Origin: Planctomycetota bacterium
GTDB lineage: Bacteria; Planctomycetota; UBA8108; SXIK01
Reading direction: 5' to 3'
Length of the DNA stretch: 64,000 bases
Assembly: GCA_965223845.1 (NCBI GenBank)
Contig: CBDCXR010000004.1
Span: 3,840,001-3,904,000, forward strand
Shown here: one piece after another, positions 50,982 to 61,102 of the stretch
Numbering within the stretch: position 1 is the first letter of the stretch
Layout: each line of letters starts with the position of its first letter
Notes under the pieces: model-generated
The model's input: the letters and a program-made list of their open reading frames with translations, nothing else
The model's database searches: none
Told to the model about the DNA's origin: nothing
Position numbers and translations under genes: made by a program

Positions 50982-51807
50982 CGAGTCGCTCTCCTTGCGA
51001 TCGCAGCACCGAGAGCGCGCGCTCGACGAGACGGCGGTCGATGCCGAACGTTGCGGCGATGGTAGCCGCGAGCGCGGCGGGATCGATCTCCTCACGGCGA
51101 GTGCGCTCGCGCGATCGGACCTGGGCGCGGCAGCCTTGCAGGTAGACGTGCTCCCCGTTCTGAACCGTCGTGAGCACGGGGTAACGCATCATGTCCCAGG
51201 TAAACGACCGATCCCACGCGCAGACGAACTCGTCCGCGTCTACCGGCTGGGTCTTGAAGGTCAGGCGATGGCTTCGATTCGAGCCTCGCTCCGTGTGGAG
51301 CTCGAGCCGGTCGCCGCCGAGTTGTGGTCTGAGAATGACGTCGGTGAACGTCCCGGCAAGGCGAACCTCGTCGTCCGCGAGCGGCACGGGCCGGAGCACG
51401 AGATAGCCCGGATCGAGGAGATGGGGCCGCTCGTCGATCCAGACGAGGAGCGCGCAGTGGGTGTCCTCTCCGTAGTGTCGATCGGCGAGGATCGGCTCGG
51501 CACGCCAGCCGAGGGCGCGGAGGAGGCCGGTGAGCGCCGCGGTGAGCGCGAAGCACGTCCCGCCCGATCCGAATCGAACATGCTCGTCGATCACGCGCCC
51601 GGGTGACCGCTTCGCCCCGGGCCCGCACTCGTCGCTGCGGACGATCTTCGAGAGGTTCTCGTACGGCAAGCGGGCGAACTCCCGCGCGACGACCTCGATT
51701 CGGTCCGTGCCCCGCGCGTCCGAGACAGCGGGAAACGCGGCGGCGAATCGAGCGAGCGCTTTCGGAACTCCGCCCGGCGGCAGGAGATCGGTCGGTGATT
51801 CAGACAA
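50962..51807 (-). CDS. Arylamine N-acetyltransferase family protein
   Basis: LPYENL, GSGGTCF (Cys), THCAL (His), LLDPGY (Asp). Start uncertain (TTG 51807). Confidence 0.83.
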   Translation of the reverse strand: MSESPTDLLPPGGVPKALARFAAAFPAVSDARGTDRIEVVAREFARLPYENLSKIVRSDECGPGAKRSPGRVIDEHVRFGSGGTCFALTAALTGLLRALGWRAEPILADRHYGEDTHCALLVWIDERPHLLDPGYLVLRPVPLADDEVRLAGTFTDVILRPQLGGDRLELHTERGSNRSHRLTFKTQPVDADEFVCAWDRSFTWDMMRYPVLTTVQNGEHVYLQGCRAQVRSRERTRREEIDPAALAATIAATFGIDRRLVERALSVLRSQGERLDGCPRA

Positions 51808-52033
51808 AGCTCGGGCGGCGGCAAGCCGCGATTCGACGCCCGTGAGGGCGCGAAAGGAAGAATCGAACGAACCGCGATGAATACGCCTCCGAGGGCGCGC
51901 GTCCAAGCCCTCAGTATAACCCGCATCCTTGCGGAAACCGGCGAGTCGACGCGCCGGTTCTCGGCCTCGCGGCCGAGGGGGAGGATTCTCGACGTCGGCA
52001 CCCCGAGCCATCGGACGAACGGAGGCGGCGACG

Positions 52034-53188
52034 ATGCGATCCACGCACTCGGTCTTCTCACTCTCTCTCGTTTTGTTCTCCGGCGCGGCGCTCGATGCCC
52101 AGGACGAGCGGCCCGGCCTCTCGCCGACGGAACTCCGCGCGAGCGACTCGAGCGCTCCCAAGGGACGGATCGAGCGCACCGTGCGTCCCGCGCCGCGAAC
52201 GAGCGCCGGAGTCTCGCCGTACGAGATTCCGAATACGTATCGCTCGCGCGTCCGTCGCGGCCTCTACGAAGAGACGCCCGTACCCGATGTCCTCGTTCTC
52301 GAGGACGGCCGGCGCGTCGAGGCGTATTTCCTCCAGGCGTACGGTGACCGCTTCGTCTACTACGAAAAAGAGGGCGATCGAGTGTGGGGACGCGCGGCGA
52401 TCCCCCGATCCCACGTGCGGACGGTCCTCCGCGGCGAGTATCTCGAGCGCGATCCCGTCGCGCCGGCAATTCGCATCGGCGCGAAGCAGCCCGTCCGGAA
52501 GAGCGATGTGCTCTCGGGGAGCTTCAGCGGCAAGCAAGATCGCTGGACGACGTGGCGGTTCCGCTTCTACAGCGAATCTCACAAGCCCGGGACGTATACC
52601 GAAGACGCGACCGAGTTCGGGTCCTTCGTTCTCGAGAGCTGGCGCGAACGCGGTCCCTACCGCGGTTCGACTTGGAGCACGGGCACGTATTTCCTCTATG
52701 CGCCGCGGACCGTCAACAACGAGGATTGGGTTCTCGTTCTCGAAGAGATCTCGCACGTCGAGCGAGACCGCACCGATCACAGGAGCTGGCTCACGGGATC
52801 GGTTCCGAATGACACGCTCATCGTCAAATTCTCCGCCGATGGGGATCGCTTCGGACTCCTCTGGTCGAATCTCTCGAGTGGGACGTGGTCTGCGCTCCCG
52901 CAGGTCGAGTTCCAGCGAGAACGGGGCGGCACACTCGAATCACGCGATCCGAGCCGCGCGGTATACCCGAGACGGACCCGCCCGAGCGGAGAGCGACCCG
53001 ACCCCGCGGATCTTCAGTTTGTCCGCGGCGACGGAGCCGCGGTCGTCGACCCCTGGGTGGCCGGGGTGCGAACGTCTCCCGTCCCGGGGAAGGCACTGAC
53101 TCGCGCGACGCCCGTCGCGAGTCGTCGTCGGCCGATCGGTGCTCGACTGCGCGGCTGGAAACGACCCGAGGGCCGCTGGATCAAGTAG
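52034..53188 (+). CDS. Hypothetical exported protein
   Basis: GGAGG upstream, signal peptide ending ALDA/Q; small beta module DVLVLEDGRRVEAY...IPRSHVRTV, then an aromatic-rich beta region. Confidence 0.68.
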   Translation: MRSTHSVFSLSLVLFSGAALDAQDERPGLSPTELRASDSSAPKGRIERTVRPAPRTSAGVSPYEIPNTYRSRVRRGLYEETPVPDVLVLEDGRRVEAYFLQAYGDRFVYYEKEGDRVWGRAAIPRSHVRTVLRGEYLERDPVAPAIRIGAKQPVRKSDVLSGSFSGKQDRWTTWRFRFYSESHKPGTYTEDATEFGSFVLESWRERGPYRGSTWSTGTYFLYAPRTVNNEDWVLVLEEISHVERDRTDHRSWLTGSVPNDTLIVKFSADGDRFGLLWSNLSSGTWSALPQVEFQRERGGTLESRDPSRAVYPRRTRPSGERPDPADLQFVRGDGAAVVDPWVAGVRTSPVPGKALTRATPVASRRRPIGARLRGWKRPEGRWIK

Positions 53189-53213
53189 CGCGGAGACGGC
53201 CGCAATCGCGGCG

Positions 53214-54299
53214 TCAGCGAAGCGGCCAGCGGAGCGTCGTCGCGTCCCGGAACACGCGCCAGCGGTTTCGGGGAAGACCATCGAGTGCCTTGGCGACGCG
53301 GGCTTCGATGTCCGCCGTACCGACCGGATCGCGCAGGATAACGAACTCGACGCGCTCGCCGAACTCGCGCACGAACTCGCCGTAGATCTCCGGGTCGTGC
53401 TCGCCGGTGTCGCCGATGAGCACGAACGATCGCTCGGGAAACCTCTCGAAGAGCGCGCGAATCGTGTCGCGCTTGTGCGTGCCTTTCGATCGCACAAACT
53501 CGATGAAGCTGCGATCCTTCAGCCGAAATCGCCGCAGATGCCAGCTCCCGGCGGGGAAGCCCGCGCGCTCAGCAAACTCGCGGAGCGGGGCGCAAAGCTG
53601 CCACGGCGAATTCGAGACGAAGTGGAACGCGGCGCCGGACGCCTCGAGCTCGCGATAGAAGCGGTCGAGCGCTTCGACCGGCGCGTACGGGCGGAGAAAG
53701 GTGTTCTCGAGCATCTTCTTTTCGTCGTGCACCTCGGTGATCTTGATCGTGTCGTCGACGTCGCTGATCACCGAGATCCCCTTTGGCCCCACTGCGCGGA
53801 CGCGACCGGCAAAGGAACGCGAGTCGCTCGGCGGCGGCACGGCTTCCACCCTGATCCAGCCTCCGCCCTCTCCGAGCGTCTCGAGCGCGTCCGCGGGCAG
53901 CGCCACCGTCGACTGGAGGTGTCCGTTCGTCCCGGACGGCGGAAGGCGCACGACGCGGCCCGCGATGCGCACCGGAACGCGCTTTCCTCGTTCGTTGTCG
54001 ACGAGGAATCGCCGCGCACGAGCGCGAAAGAGCTCCGTGTCCTCGCCCGACTTCTCGAGACCGAGTGCGCGGCGCACGCCGCTGAGGAGGGCCCGACGGA
54101 CGCGGCCGTCGTCTTCCGGCTCGTAGATCCAGCCGTGAAGCGGGACCTGCCAGCTCCCGCTCTCCGCATCGCGGAAGGCGTACGTCGGAAACCACTCGAC
54201 GACCTCGTCGGAGCGGATGGGTGACTCGATCTCGGCGTTCGTCATCGTCAGGCCAAGCAACGCGAGAGCGACGCTCCCGACCGCGGTCAGAACTTTCAT
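53214..54299 (-). CDS. App1-like (DUF2183) phosphatidate phosphatase, HAD fold, with signal peptide
   Basis: VISDVDDTIKIT (DxDxT), HFVSNSPWQL, LIGDTGEHDPEIY; TACAAT at 54351-54346. Confidence 0.88.
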   Translation of the reverse strand: MKVLTAVGSVALALLGLTMTNAEIESPIRSDEVVEWFPTYAFRDAESGSWQVPLHGWIYEPEDDGRVRRALLSGVRRALGLEKSGEDTELFRARARRFLVDNERGKRVPVRIAGRVVRLPPSGTNGHLQSTVALPADALETLGEGGGWIRVEAVPPPSDSRSFAGRVRAVGPKGISVISDVDDTIKITEVHDEKKMLENTFLRPYAPVEALDRFYRELEASGAAFHFVSNSPWQLCAPLREFAERAGFPAGSWHLRRFRLKDRSFIEFVRSKGTHKRDTIRALFERFPERSFVLIGDTGEHDPEIYGEFVREFGERVEFVILRDPVGTADIEARVAKALDGLPRNRWRVFRDATTLRWPLR

Positions 54300-54464
54300 A
54301 CGCGAGTCCTCGATGCGCGGCGGAGCCGATCGTCCGCCGGTGAAGATTGTACCGGCGCGCCCGGATTCATGCGACGCGGACGCGACCCGCCGACTCGCCC
54401 CTTCCGGATCTGCGCGCGTTTCGGTCTACTCGCGGGGCACGACGACACCCGTGGAGAACGCGCC

Positions 54465-55115
54465 ATGCCCAGTCTCGATCCGAGCCAACTCTCGAAGCCC
54501 GATCGCCACCGCCTCGTCATCGGAAGCGTCGTCCCGCGACCGATCGCTTGGATCACGACGCAGTCGATCTCCGACGGCGGCGAACCGCCGATCGTCAACC
54601 TCGCTCCGTTCAGCTTCTTCATGGGGGTCACATCGTCGCCGCCGACGATCGCAGTCAGCATTGGATCCCGTTCGCCCGTCAAGGATACGCTGGCGAATCT
54701 TCGCGCGAGTGGAGAGGCAGTCGTTCACCTCACGCCGGCGGAGCATCTCGAGACCGTGAATCAAACTGGAGCTGAGTACGCGAGCGACGTGAGCGAGATC
54801 GACGCGCTCGGACTCGACACGCTCGCTTCGGTCGTCGTTGCGCCGCCGCGCCTCGCGATCGCCGAGGTCGCGCTCGAATGCCGGCTGCAGCAAGAGGTGC
54901 ACATCGGCTCTCCCGGGGCGACGCTCTGCGTGCTCGAGATCGTTCACGCGCACGTCGCCGACGCCGTCGCCGGCGACGATGGCCTCCCCGACCCGCGCCG
55001 CCTGAGCGCGGTGGCGCGTCTCGGCGGCCGGGCGTACCTTCGCGCCGAAGCCTGGGACGTCGCCGAACAGCCCCCGCCGAACGCACCGGACGATCAGTCG
55101 ATCCGTCGCGGCTGA
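54465..55115 (+). CDS. Flavin reductase-like (FMN-binding split barrel) protein
   Basis: GSVVPRPIAWITT, NLAPFSFF, KDTLANLR, VARLGG; GGAG RBS. Confidence 0.92.
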   Translation: MPSLDPSQLSKPDRHRLVIGSVVPRPIAWITTQSISDGGEPPIVNLAPFSFFMGVTSSPPTIAVSIGSRSPVKDTLANLRASGEAVVHLTPAEHLETVNQTGAEYASDVSEIDALGLDTLASVVVAPPRLAIAEVALECRLQQEVHIGSPGATLCVLEIVHAHVADAVAGDDGLPDPRRLSAVARLGGRAYLRAEAWDVAEQPPPNAPDDQSIRRG

Positions 55116-55119
55116 GACT

Positions 55120-55800
55120 CTACTCGGACGTCGCCTTCGCGGCGATTCTCCGGAGCGGTTCGGCCCAGGTCTTCGGGGGCGGCGCGGTCCACGTGAGCGG
55201 CTCTCGCCGCACCGGGTGTTCCACCGTGAGGGAGTAGGCGTGGAGCGCGAGATTGCGCCCGTCGAACTCGCTCTTCGCTCCGTAGCGAAAATCGCCGACG
55301 ATCGGTGTCCCCCGGTGGGCGAGCTGGACGCGGACTTGGTGAGGGCGACCGGTCTCGAGCTCGACGTCGACGACCGTTTCCCCGTCGCGCGACCCGAGGG
55401 CGCGCCAGCGAAGCCGCGCTTCGCGCGCGCCGGGCGCGTCGGGATCGACGACGCGCACGTGACGATCTCGCTTCACGAGAAAGTCGACGCAGCGGCCACT
55501 CCCTTTCAGCTCGCCTTCGACGACGGCGACATAGCGCTTCGCCGGCGCGCGCGTGCGGAACTGCGCGGAGAGTCGAGCCGCCGCTTTCGACGTCCGCGCA
55601 AAGACGACGACTCCGGAGACGGGACGATCGAGCCGATGCACCAAGCCGAGAAAGACGTTTCCCGGCTTCGCGAAGCGCTCCTTCAAGAACGATTTCCCCC
55701 AGCTGAGGAGATCGCGGTCGCGGGTCGAGTCGGCCTGGGTGAGAACTCCCGCCGGCTTATTCACGACGAGAAGATGGTTGTCGAGGTAGAGGACGTCCAT
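55120..55800 (-). CDS. RluA family RNA pseudouridine synthase
   Basis: VVNKPAG, VHRLDRPVSG, LETGRPHQVRVQL, PIVGDFRYG, LHAYSL. Confidence 0.95.
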   Translation of the reverse strand: MDVLYLDNHLLVVNKPAGVLTQADSTRDRDLLSWGKSFLKERFAKPGNVFLGLVHRLDRPVSGVVVFARTSKAAARLSAQFRTRAPAKRYVAVVEGELKGSGRCVDFLVKRDRHVRVVDPDAPGAREARLRWRALGSRDGETVVDVELETGRPHQVRVQLAHRGTPIVGDFRYGAKSEFDGRNLALHAYSLTVEHPVRREPLTWTAPPPKTWAEPLRRIAAKATSE

Positions 55801-55841
55801 CGCTTCCGCGAGCGAACCGTGAATCCGCGCTTCGTGCGAGA

Positions 55842-56048
55842 TCAGGCGTCGTCGCCCTCACGCGAAGCATCGGGATCCATGCCGGCCTCGATCTTCGCGA
55901 GCCGCTCGCGATGACGGTAGTACTGGGCAAAGCAGCCACGGACGCCGAAGACGACGATCGAAACCGCGGCGACGATGAAGACGAGGACCTCCGGTCGGAG
56001 AATGTTCCTCTGCCAGCTCAGCTCCTGCGCTAGAAACCACGAAACCAT
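55842..56048 (-). CDS. Small single-TM membrane protein (DUF6249-like)
   Basis: AAGGAG RBS; TM helix followed by YYRHRERLAKIEAGMDP. Confidence 0.75.
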   Translation of the reverse strand: MVSWFLAQELSWQRNILRPEVLVFIVAAVSIVVFGVRGCFAQYYRHRERLAKIEAGMDPDASREGDDA

Positions 56049-56476
56049 TGCTGCTCCTTTCGAGGCGGGTCCCGACTTTCGCGAGCCGCTCCAAGAATCC
56101 GAATTCGCCCGTCCGGGCTTCTTCTCCGAAGCGATCCCCTCGGGCCGCTTCCTTGTCGCGAATCGCCGACGATTCCTTCAGGATCGCCCGCAGTTCGCCT
56201 CGTGATGCCGCGGAGAACTCGTTCTTCGTCTCCGAACCAGATTTTGGACCGTCGCCTCGCGCCGGTGAATCCGGCCCTCTCCCATGAGAACGCCACCGCC
56301 GAGAACGCGCAAGTCCGCGCGGCGATAGCGATCGAACGACGGCGCGGGCGCGTCCGCGAGAACTGACGGTGGAATCGATCGCGTGGTATGCTCCCCGCGG
56401 CTGCCGGGGCGCGTTCGCACTCCGCGCGCTGCGACCACGGAACCCGGAACTCCCGACCGCGAGTCGGCGAAGATCG

Positions 56477-58447
56477 ATGCCCCGAACCACGCCCGCGACG
56501 ATCCCGAGCGAGAAAACCGTCAGCGCGACGATCCGCGAGATCGTCCGGCGCCACGGCGCGCGCGTCCGACCCGACGCCGAACGCGGAGTCCGCGCCTGCG
56601 CACGCGTCTGGCCGAAGGGAGATCCGGGCTTCCGGGAATTCTGCGGCGAGCAGTACGTGCCGCCCGGTCGACCGAGGACGCCGCTCCTTCGGCGCTTGGA
56701 CGAATTCCATCACGCCGTCAGCGGCAATCTCGGCGCCAGCCTCAAGGTCGCCCGCGCCGGACTCGACATCGCAGATCGTCCGGATCTCGCCGCGGAGCGA
56801 GTGCTGAGTGCGTACGCTCCCGCGAGCCATCTCGACGAGGACTACCGGCGGGAGAAGATCGCCGCGCTCGCGCAGCTCAACTTCGGTACCGACGATCGGC
56901 GGCCGCCGAGATCGCGCGCCGCGTGGGCTGCGCGTCGTGTGGGACAAATCGGTCGAGAGGCGATCCCCCCGCGCCTCCTCGCCGACTACTCCCGCGCGGA
57001 AAGCGCGGCAAACGCGTTCGTCTCGGAGTACAACCTCCGGGTCGACCAGTTCGATTTCGGGGACTCGCGCGTGCGATTTCCGAAGAATACGCTTCTCGTC
57101 TCGCATTGGGGCCTTCGCGACCACCTGGCTTCTCTCTACGGCGAACCCACCGCGCTGCCGACCCAGCGTGCTCTCGCCGACCTCCTTCGGCGCGTCGTCG
57201 ACGGAGACGTGCCGCGGGAAGTGCTCGGAGGAACTAGCGCGCACTGGGATCTCGTCCGGGGGCGAATCCGAGAGGGAAGACGCACCACACGCGCTGTCGG
57301 ACACGGACCGCTCCGCTGGGAGTGCTTCCGCAAAGTCTGGGAGGCGCACCGGAGGATCGATCCTCACCGCGAGTTCGGAAGCGTCGTCGCGAACAAGTTT
57401 CTCGTCGAACGCGAGATGACCGAAGATCGAGTCGTGGGGATGCTCGAGGACATCGTTTCGTCGCCGCTCGCCGAACGCGTCGGACGCTTCCTCCGGGATG
57501 CCCTCGGCCGCGAACTCGAGCCCTTCGACATCTACTGCCGGAAGTTCGCGTCGACGCAGCGGCGGCGAAAGCGAACGACGAGCGGCCCGGCCACGAAGCG
57601 TACGCGCTACGCCGACGCCGGTTCGCTCCATCGAGCGATCGTTCCGATCCTCCGGCGTTTCGGCTGGACGAAGCGCCGCGCGGAGTGGATCCGTGATCGC
57701 ATCCGGGTCGACAACGGACGGAGCGCCGGACACGCCTGGCCACCGTACACGGACACCGATACTCAGCTTCTTCGCGTACGCGTCGGTCCGACGGGAGTCG
57801 ATGATCTGAACTTCGAGGTCTTCATGCACGAGCTCGGACACTGTGTCGAGGGCGTCCTTTCGAGCTACGAGATGGACTACCGCTCGCTTTGGGGAGTTCC
57901 GAACACCGCATTCACGGAAGGCTTCGCGTTCACGTTTCAAGATCGCACCGATTTCATTTTGGGCCGCGCTCCGCGCGCGGCGAGCGACGAAGCGATGCTC
58001 CTCAGATTCTGGGAGCCGTTCGAGATCGCCGGCTCGGCGCTGACCGAGATCCGCTTCTACCATTGGCTGTACGATCACCCGCGCGCGAGTGCCGATCAGA
58101 TGATGCGGGCGATTCGCAGAATCGCCGATGCGGTGTGGGAGGAGTTCTACGCTCGAGTCCTCGGGCCATCCGATCTCGGCTTGCTCGCGGTCTACAGTCA
58201 CATCCTCACGGGTGATTTCTACCTCGCCGACTATCCCCTCGGTTACATCGTCGCCCATCAGGTTCGCCGCCATCTCGCCGGACGATCGGGCGCGGGACAG
58301 CCCGAGCTCGCCGAGGAAATGGAGCGCCTCTGCTCGCTCGGAAGGATTTATCCCGACTCGTGGATGAAGGCGGCCGTCGGGTCGCCCGTCTCCGCCGCTC
58401 CGCTTCTCGACGACACCGAGCGCGCCCTCTCCTCGCTCGGCTACTGA
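56477..58447 (+). CDS. Putative gluzincin (M3/M32-like) metallopeptidase
   Basis: HELGH followed by NTAFTEGFAF (third ligand E); C-terminal YSH...YLADYPLG; GHAW motif. Confidence 0.75.
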   Translation: MPRTTPATIPSEKTVSATIREIVRRHGARVRPDAERGVRACARVWPKGDPGFREFCGEQYVPPGRPRTPLLRRLDEFHHAVSGNLGASLKVARAGLDIADRPDLAAERVLSAYAPASHLDEDYRREKIAALAQLNFGTDDRRPPRSRAAWAARRVGQIGREAIPPRLLADYSRAESAANAFVSEYNLRVDQFDFGDSRVRFPKNTLLVSHWGLRDHLASLYGEPTALPTQRALADLLRRVVDGDVPREVLGGTSAHWDLVRGRIREGRRTTRAVGHGPLRWECFRKVWEAHRRIDPHREFGSVVANKFLVEREMTEDRVVGMLEDIVSSPLAERVGRFLRDALGRELEPFDIYCRKFASTQRRRKRTTSGPATKRTRYADAGSLHRAIVPILRRFGWTKRRAEWIRDRIRVDNGRSAGHAWPPYTDTDTQLLRVRVGPTGVDDLNFEVFMHELGHCVEGVLSSYEMDYRSLWGVPNTAFTEGFAFTFQDRTDFILGRAPRAASDEAMLLRFWEPFEIAGSALTEIRFYHWLYDHPRASADQMMRAIRRIADAVWEEFYARVLGPSDLGLLAVYSHILTGDFYLADYPLGYIVAHQVRRHLAGRSGAGQPELAEEMERLCSLGRIYPDSWMKAAVGSPVSAAPLLDDTERALSSLGY

Positions 58448-58730
58448 TCCACGTCGAGCCGTCGATTCGGCGAACTCCGACCTAAATTCGATTTCGGCGG
58501 AGGCGCCGGAGATCGATCCTCCGGCCGAACGATTCGGTTGGGTCGAAACGGGGAGGCTCGGCCGGCGTCCGTAGAGTTGCCGGCAGCGATCACGCTGCTG
58601 CCGGGAAGGAAGTCTCCGCGCGAGGAAAAAGTTTTCGCATTTTTTTCAAACGATCGGGCGGTAGCGATCGTACTAAACAGTAGGAAAGCGGCCGGAGAGC
58701 CGCTCCTCACGACTCGCCGGAGTTCGATCG

Positions 58731-60449
58731 ATGCCTCTTTTCCCCGCCCCTCAACCGAACCCGCTCGAACGCGTTCCGCTCGAGACCGCGATCGGTGGTT
58801 CGACGACGGCGGTAGGAATCGTCTCTGCGCTCGCGAGCGCGTCCACGCTCGGAGAGCAGGGATCGACGACCGAGTCTTCCGCGGTGTCCCCACCGATCAC
58901 CGAGCGGTACGAGATTCGTCGCGAGCTTGCGCGCGGCGGAATGGGAATCGTCTACGAGGCTTGGGATCGGAGACTCCTCCGGGCGGTCGCGCTCAAGATG
59001 CTGCTGAGCGGCGAGATGGAGCCCGCGCGGTTCTTCCTCGAAGCCCAGCTCACGGGCCGCATCGACGACTCGGGTGTCGTCCCCGTATTCGACTTCGGTC
59101 GGGACGCGCGCGGACGCTCCTACTACACGATGCGACTCGTCAGCGGGATTCGTCTCGACGACGCGTTTCGTCACGTGTGGAACGACACCCCCGGTTGGTC
59201 GGTCGCCCGCGTTCTTCGCGCTCTCGAGAACGTCGCACGGACGGTTGGTCGAGCTCACTCCTGCGGAATCATCCACCGCGATCTGAAGCCTTCGAACATC
59301 ATGATCGAGGGTTCGGACGGTCGGGCTCGGGCGCAGATCTCGGGCGCGTTCGAACTGCCGGGGGATCGGACGTTCGTCATCGATTGGGGCCTCGCGAAAG
59401 ACCTGAGCCGCGACGACACGGAATGGGTGGAGGGAGAGAGTCCGATTCCCACGCCTCGGTCGATCGCTAACGAAGCCAACGAATCGAACGGGGCCGCGAG
59501 TGGCCTCACCCGCGCCGGCAGTGTCGTCGGAACGGCACCGTTCATGGCGCCCGAGCAGGCCGCGAGCGCGGATGTCACTCGAGCCGCCGACATCTATTCG
59601 CTCGGCGCTATTCTGTACACTCTGCTCACCGGCCGGACACCGTACTCCGATTCCCAGGGTGATTCGCCGAACGACGTCGCGGACCGACTCCGAGCTGCCC
59701 CACCGACCCCCGTCCGCGAAATCCACGCGAAAGCACCGCGGGATCTCACTCGAATTTGCGAGCGCGCGATGGCGCGGCGCCCGGAGGACCGCTATTCGAA
59801 CCTCGACGCGTTCGCCGCCGACCTCCGTCGATGCGCGCGGCGGAGAGAGCGCTCTGCCGCAGCGATCCTTCCCGCCGCACGCAGCCTCGCTCGAAGCGCG
59901 AGCGTCTTGACTGCGGAGCGCATCGTGCGCCCGGCGTGGAGAGCTTCGCGCCGTTTCGCCGGGGCGGCGGCCGCCGCACTGCTCGTCATCGGAGCGCTCG
60001 TCGCGGCCATTTGGTGTACGGATACGCCGGAGCGCGGCGACACGACGGCGAAACAGTCGATCGGCACCTCGAGCGGAGAGGCGCTGAGCTCGGCTCCGAG
60101 TCAGCCCGTCGAGCCGCAAGAGCCCGACCGCGTGCTCACCGTAGAGAAGCTCACGGTGAGAGCGGAACGTGCACTCGCACCGGCCTCGGCTCGGTCACGA
60201 ACCGTCACCACCCGGATCGAGTTCGCTACGGAAGCGGCGTGCGACCGAAATTCGGATCTCACCCCGCTCCTCTGCATCGGCTGGAGTCGAGTCCGCCCCG
60301 TGCTGGACTCCGGGACAACGATCTCCGTGCGCAAGACTTCCGCCGACGACACCCGACGCGACCGGTACCACCGCGAGCGCAGCAAGCGCGACCGCGAGTC
60401 CCCGAGAATTGCGCGTCCGATCTCGGGACGACTCAGCGGCTCGTCTTGA
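58731..60449 (+). CDS. Hanks-type Ser/Thr protein kinase with TM helix
   Basis: LARGGMGIVY, VALK, HRDLKPSN, IDWGLAK, GTAPFMAPEQ, DIYSLG; TM AAAAALLVIGALVAAIW. Start uncertain. Confidence 0.88.
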   Translation: MPLFPAPQPNPLERVPLETAIGGSTTAVGIVSALASASTLGEQGSTTESSAVSPPITERYEIRRELARGGMGIVYEAWDRRLLRAVALKMLLSGEMEPARFFLEAQLTGRIDDSGVVPVFDFGRDARGRSYYTMRLVSGIRLDDAFRHVWNDTPGWSVARVLRALENVARTVGRAHSCGIIHRDLKPSNIMIEGSDGRARAQISGAFELPGDRTFVIDWGLAKDLSRDDTEWVEGESPIPTPRSIANEANESNGAASGLTRAGSVVGTAPFMAPEQAASADVTRAADIYSLGAILYTLLTGRTPYSDSQGDSPNDVADRLRAAPPTPVREIHAKAPRDLTRICERAMARRPEDRYSNLDAFAADLRRCARRRERSAAAILPAARSLARSASVLTAERIVRPAWRASRRFAGAAAAALLVIGALVAAIWCTDTPERGDTTAKQSIGTSSGEALSSAPSQPVEPQEPDRVLTVEKLTVRAERALAPASARSRTVTTRIEFATEAACDRNSDLTPLLCIGWSRVRPVLDSGTTISVRKTSADDTRRDRYHRERSKRDRESPRIARPISGRLSGSS

Positions 60450-60846
60450 GGTTGAGCTTCCGAACGAGCATTCGGTGCACGCCGGCGGACTTCTCCGCGA
60501 GCGCCTGAACCTTCTTGATCTCGCCGGTATCGAGCCAGACGCCGTGGCTGGAGCACTGGTCGATCACGACGTGCACGCTTTCGTCGTAGTGCGCGCGTGC
60601 CATCTCCGTGCCGCACTTTGGACAGGGCGCGGGTTCCTGTGTGCCCGTCGACGACGCATCGCGCAGGTTGAGGATCTGCTCGCGTTCCTCGTCGGAAAAC
60701 TCGAACGTCCGATTCGCGAGGATCTCTTCGAGCTCTCCCGTATCGAGCCAGAATCCCCAGCATGCGTCGCACACGTCGACCTCGACGCCTTCGTAGTCGA
60801 CGTTGCGGAGGGGAAGCTTACAGCGCGGACAATTGAGTTCAGACAT
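60433..60846 (-). CDS. Double zf-TFIIB zinc-ribbon protein
   Basis: CPRC...VDVCDACWGFWLDTGEL and CPKC...IDQCSSHGVWLDTGEI; GGAGG RBS. Confidence 0.9.
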   Translation of the reverse strand: MSELNCPRCKLPLRNVDYEGVEVDVCDACWGFWLDTGELEEILANRTFEFSDEEREQILNLRDASSTGTQEPAPCPKCGTEMARAHYDESVHVVIDQCSSHGVWLDTGEIKKVQALAEKSAGVHRMLVRKLNLKTSR

Positions 60847-61102
60847 GATTGGACCTCCCGGAGTGAGCTTACTTCTTACGATACCGCGGACGTGAACACG
60901 CGCCAATGTCGGCCCGGACTCGGCCGCTCACAGCGTTCGGTGAGGGAGCGGTCGACAAGGCAGAAGGACGGGACGGCTCACCGTTCCGAGGTCTGCTTGT
61001 AGCACAGTTGGGAACGATGGGGCGACACGTCCGGCGCACGGATCGACGTCGTTCACTGGCGTCGGGAGAGCGGCTGAGAGTCCGGATTGGAGCTGAGTCG
61101 CT

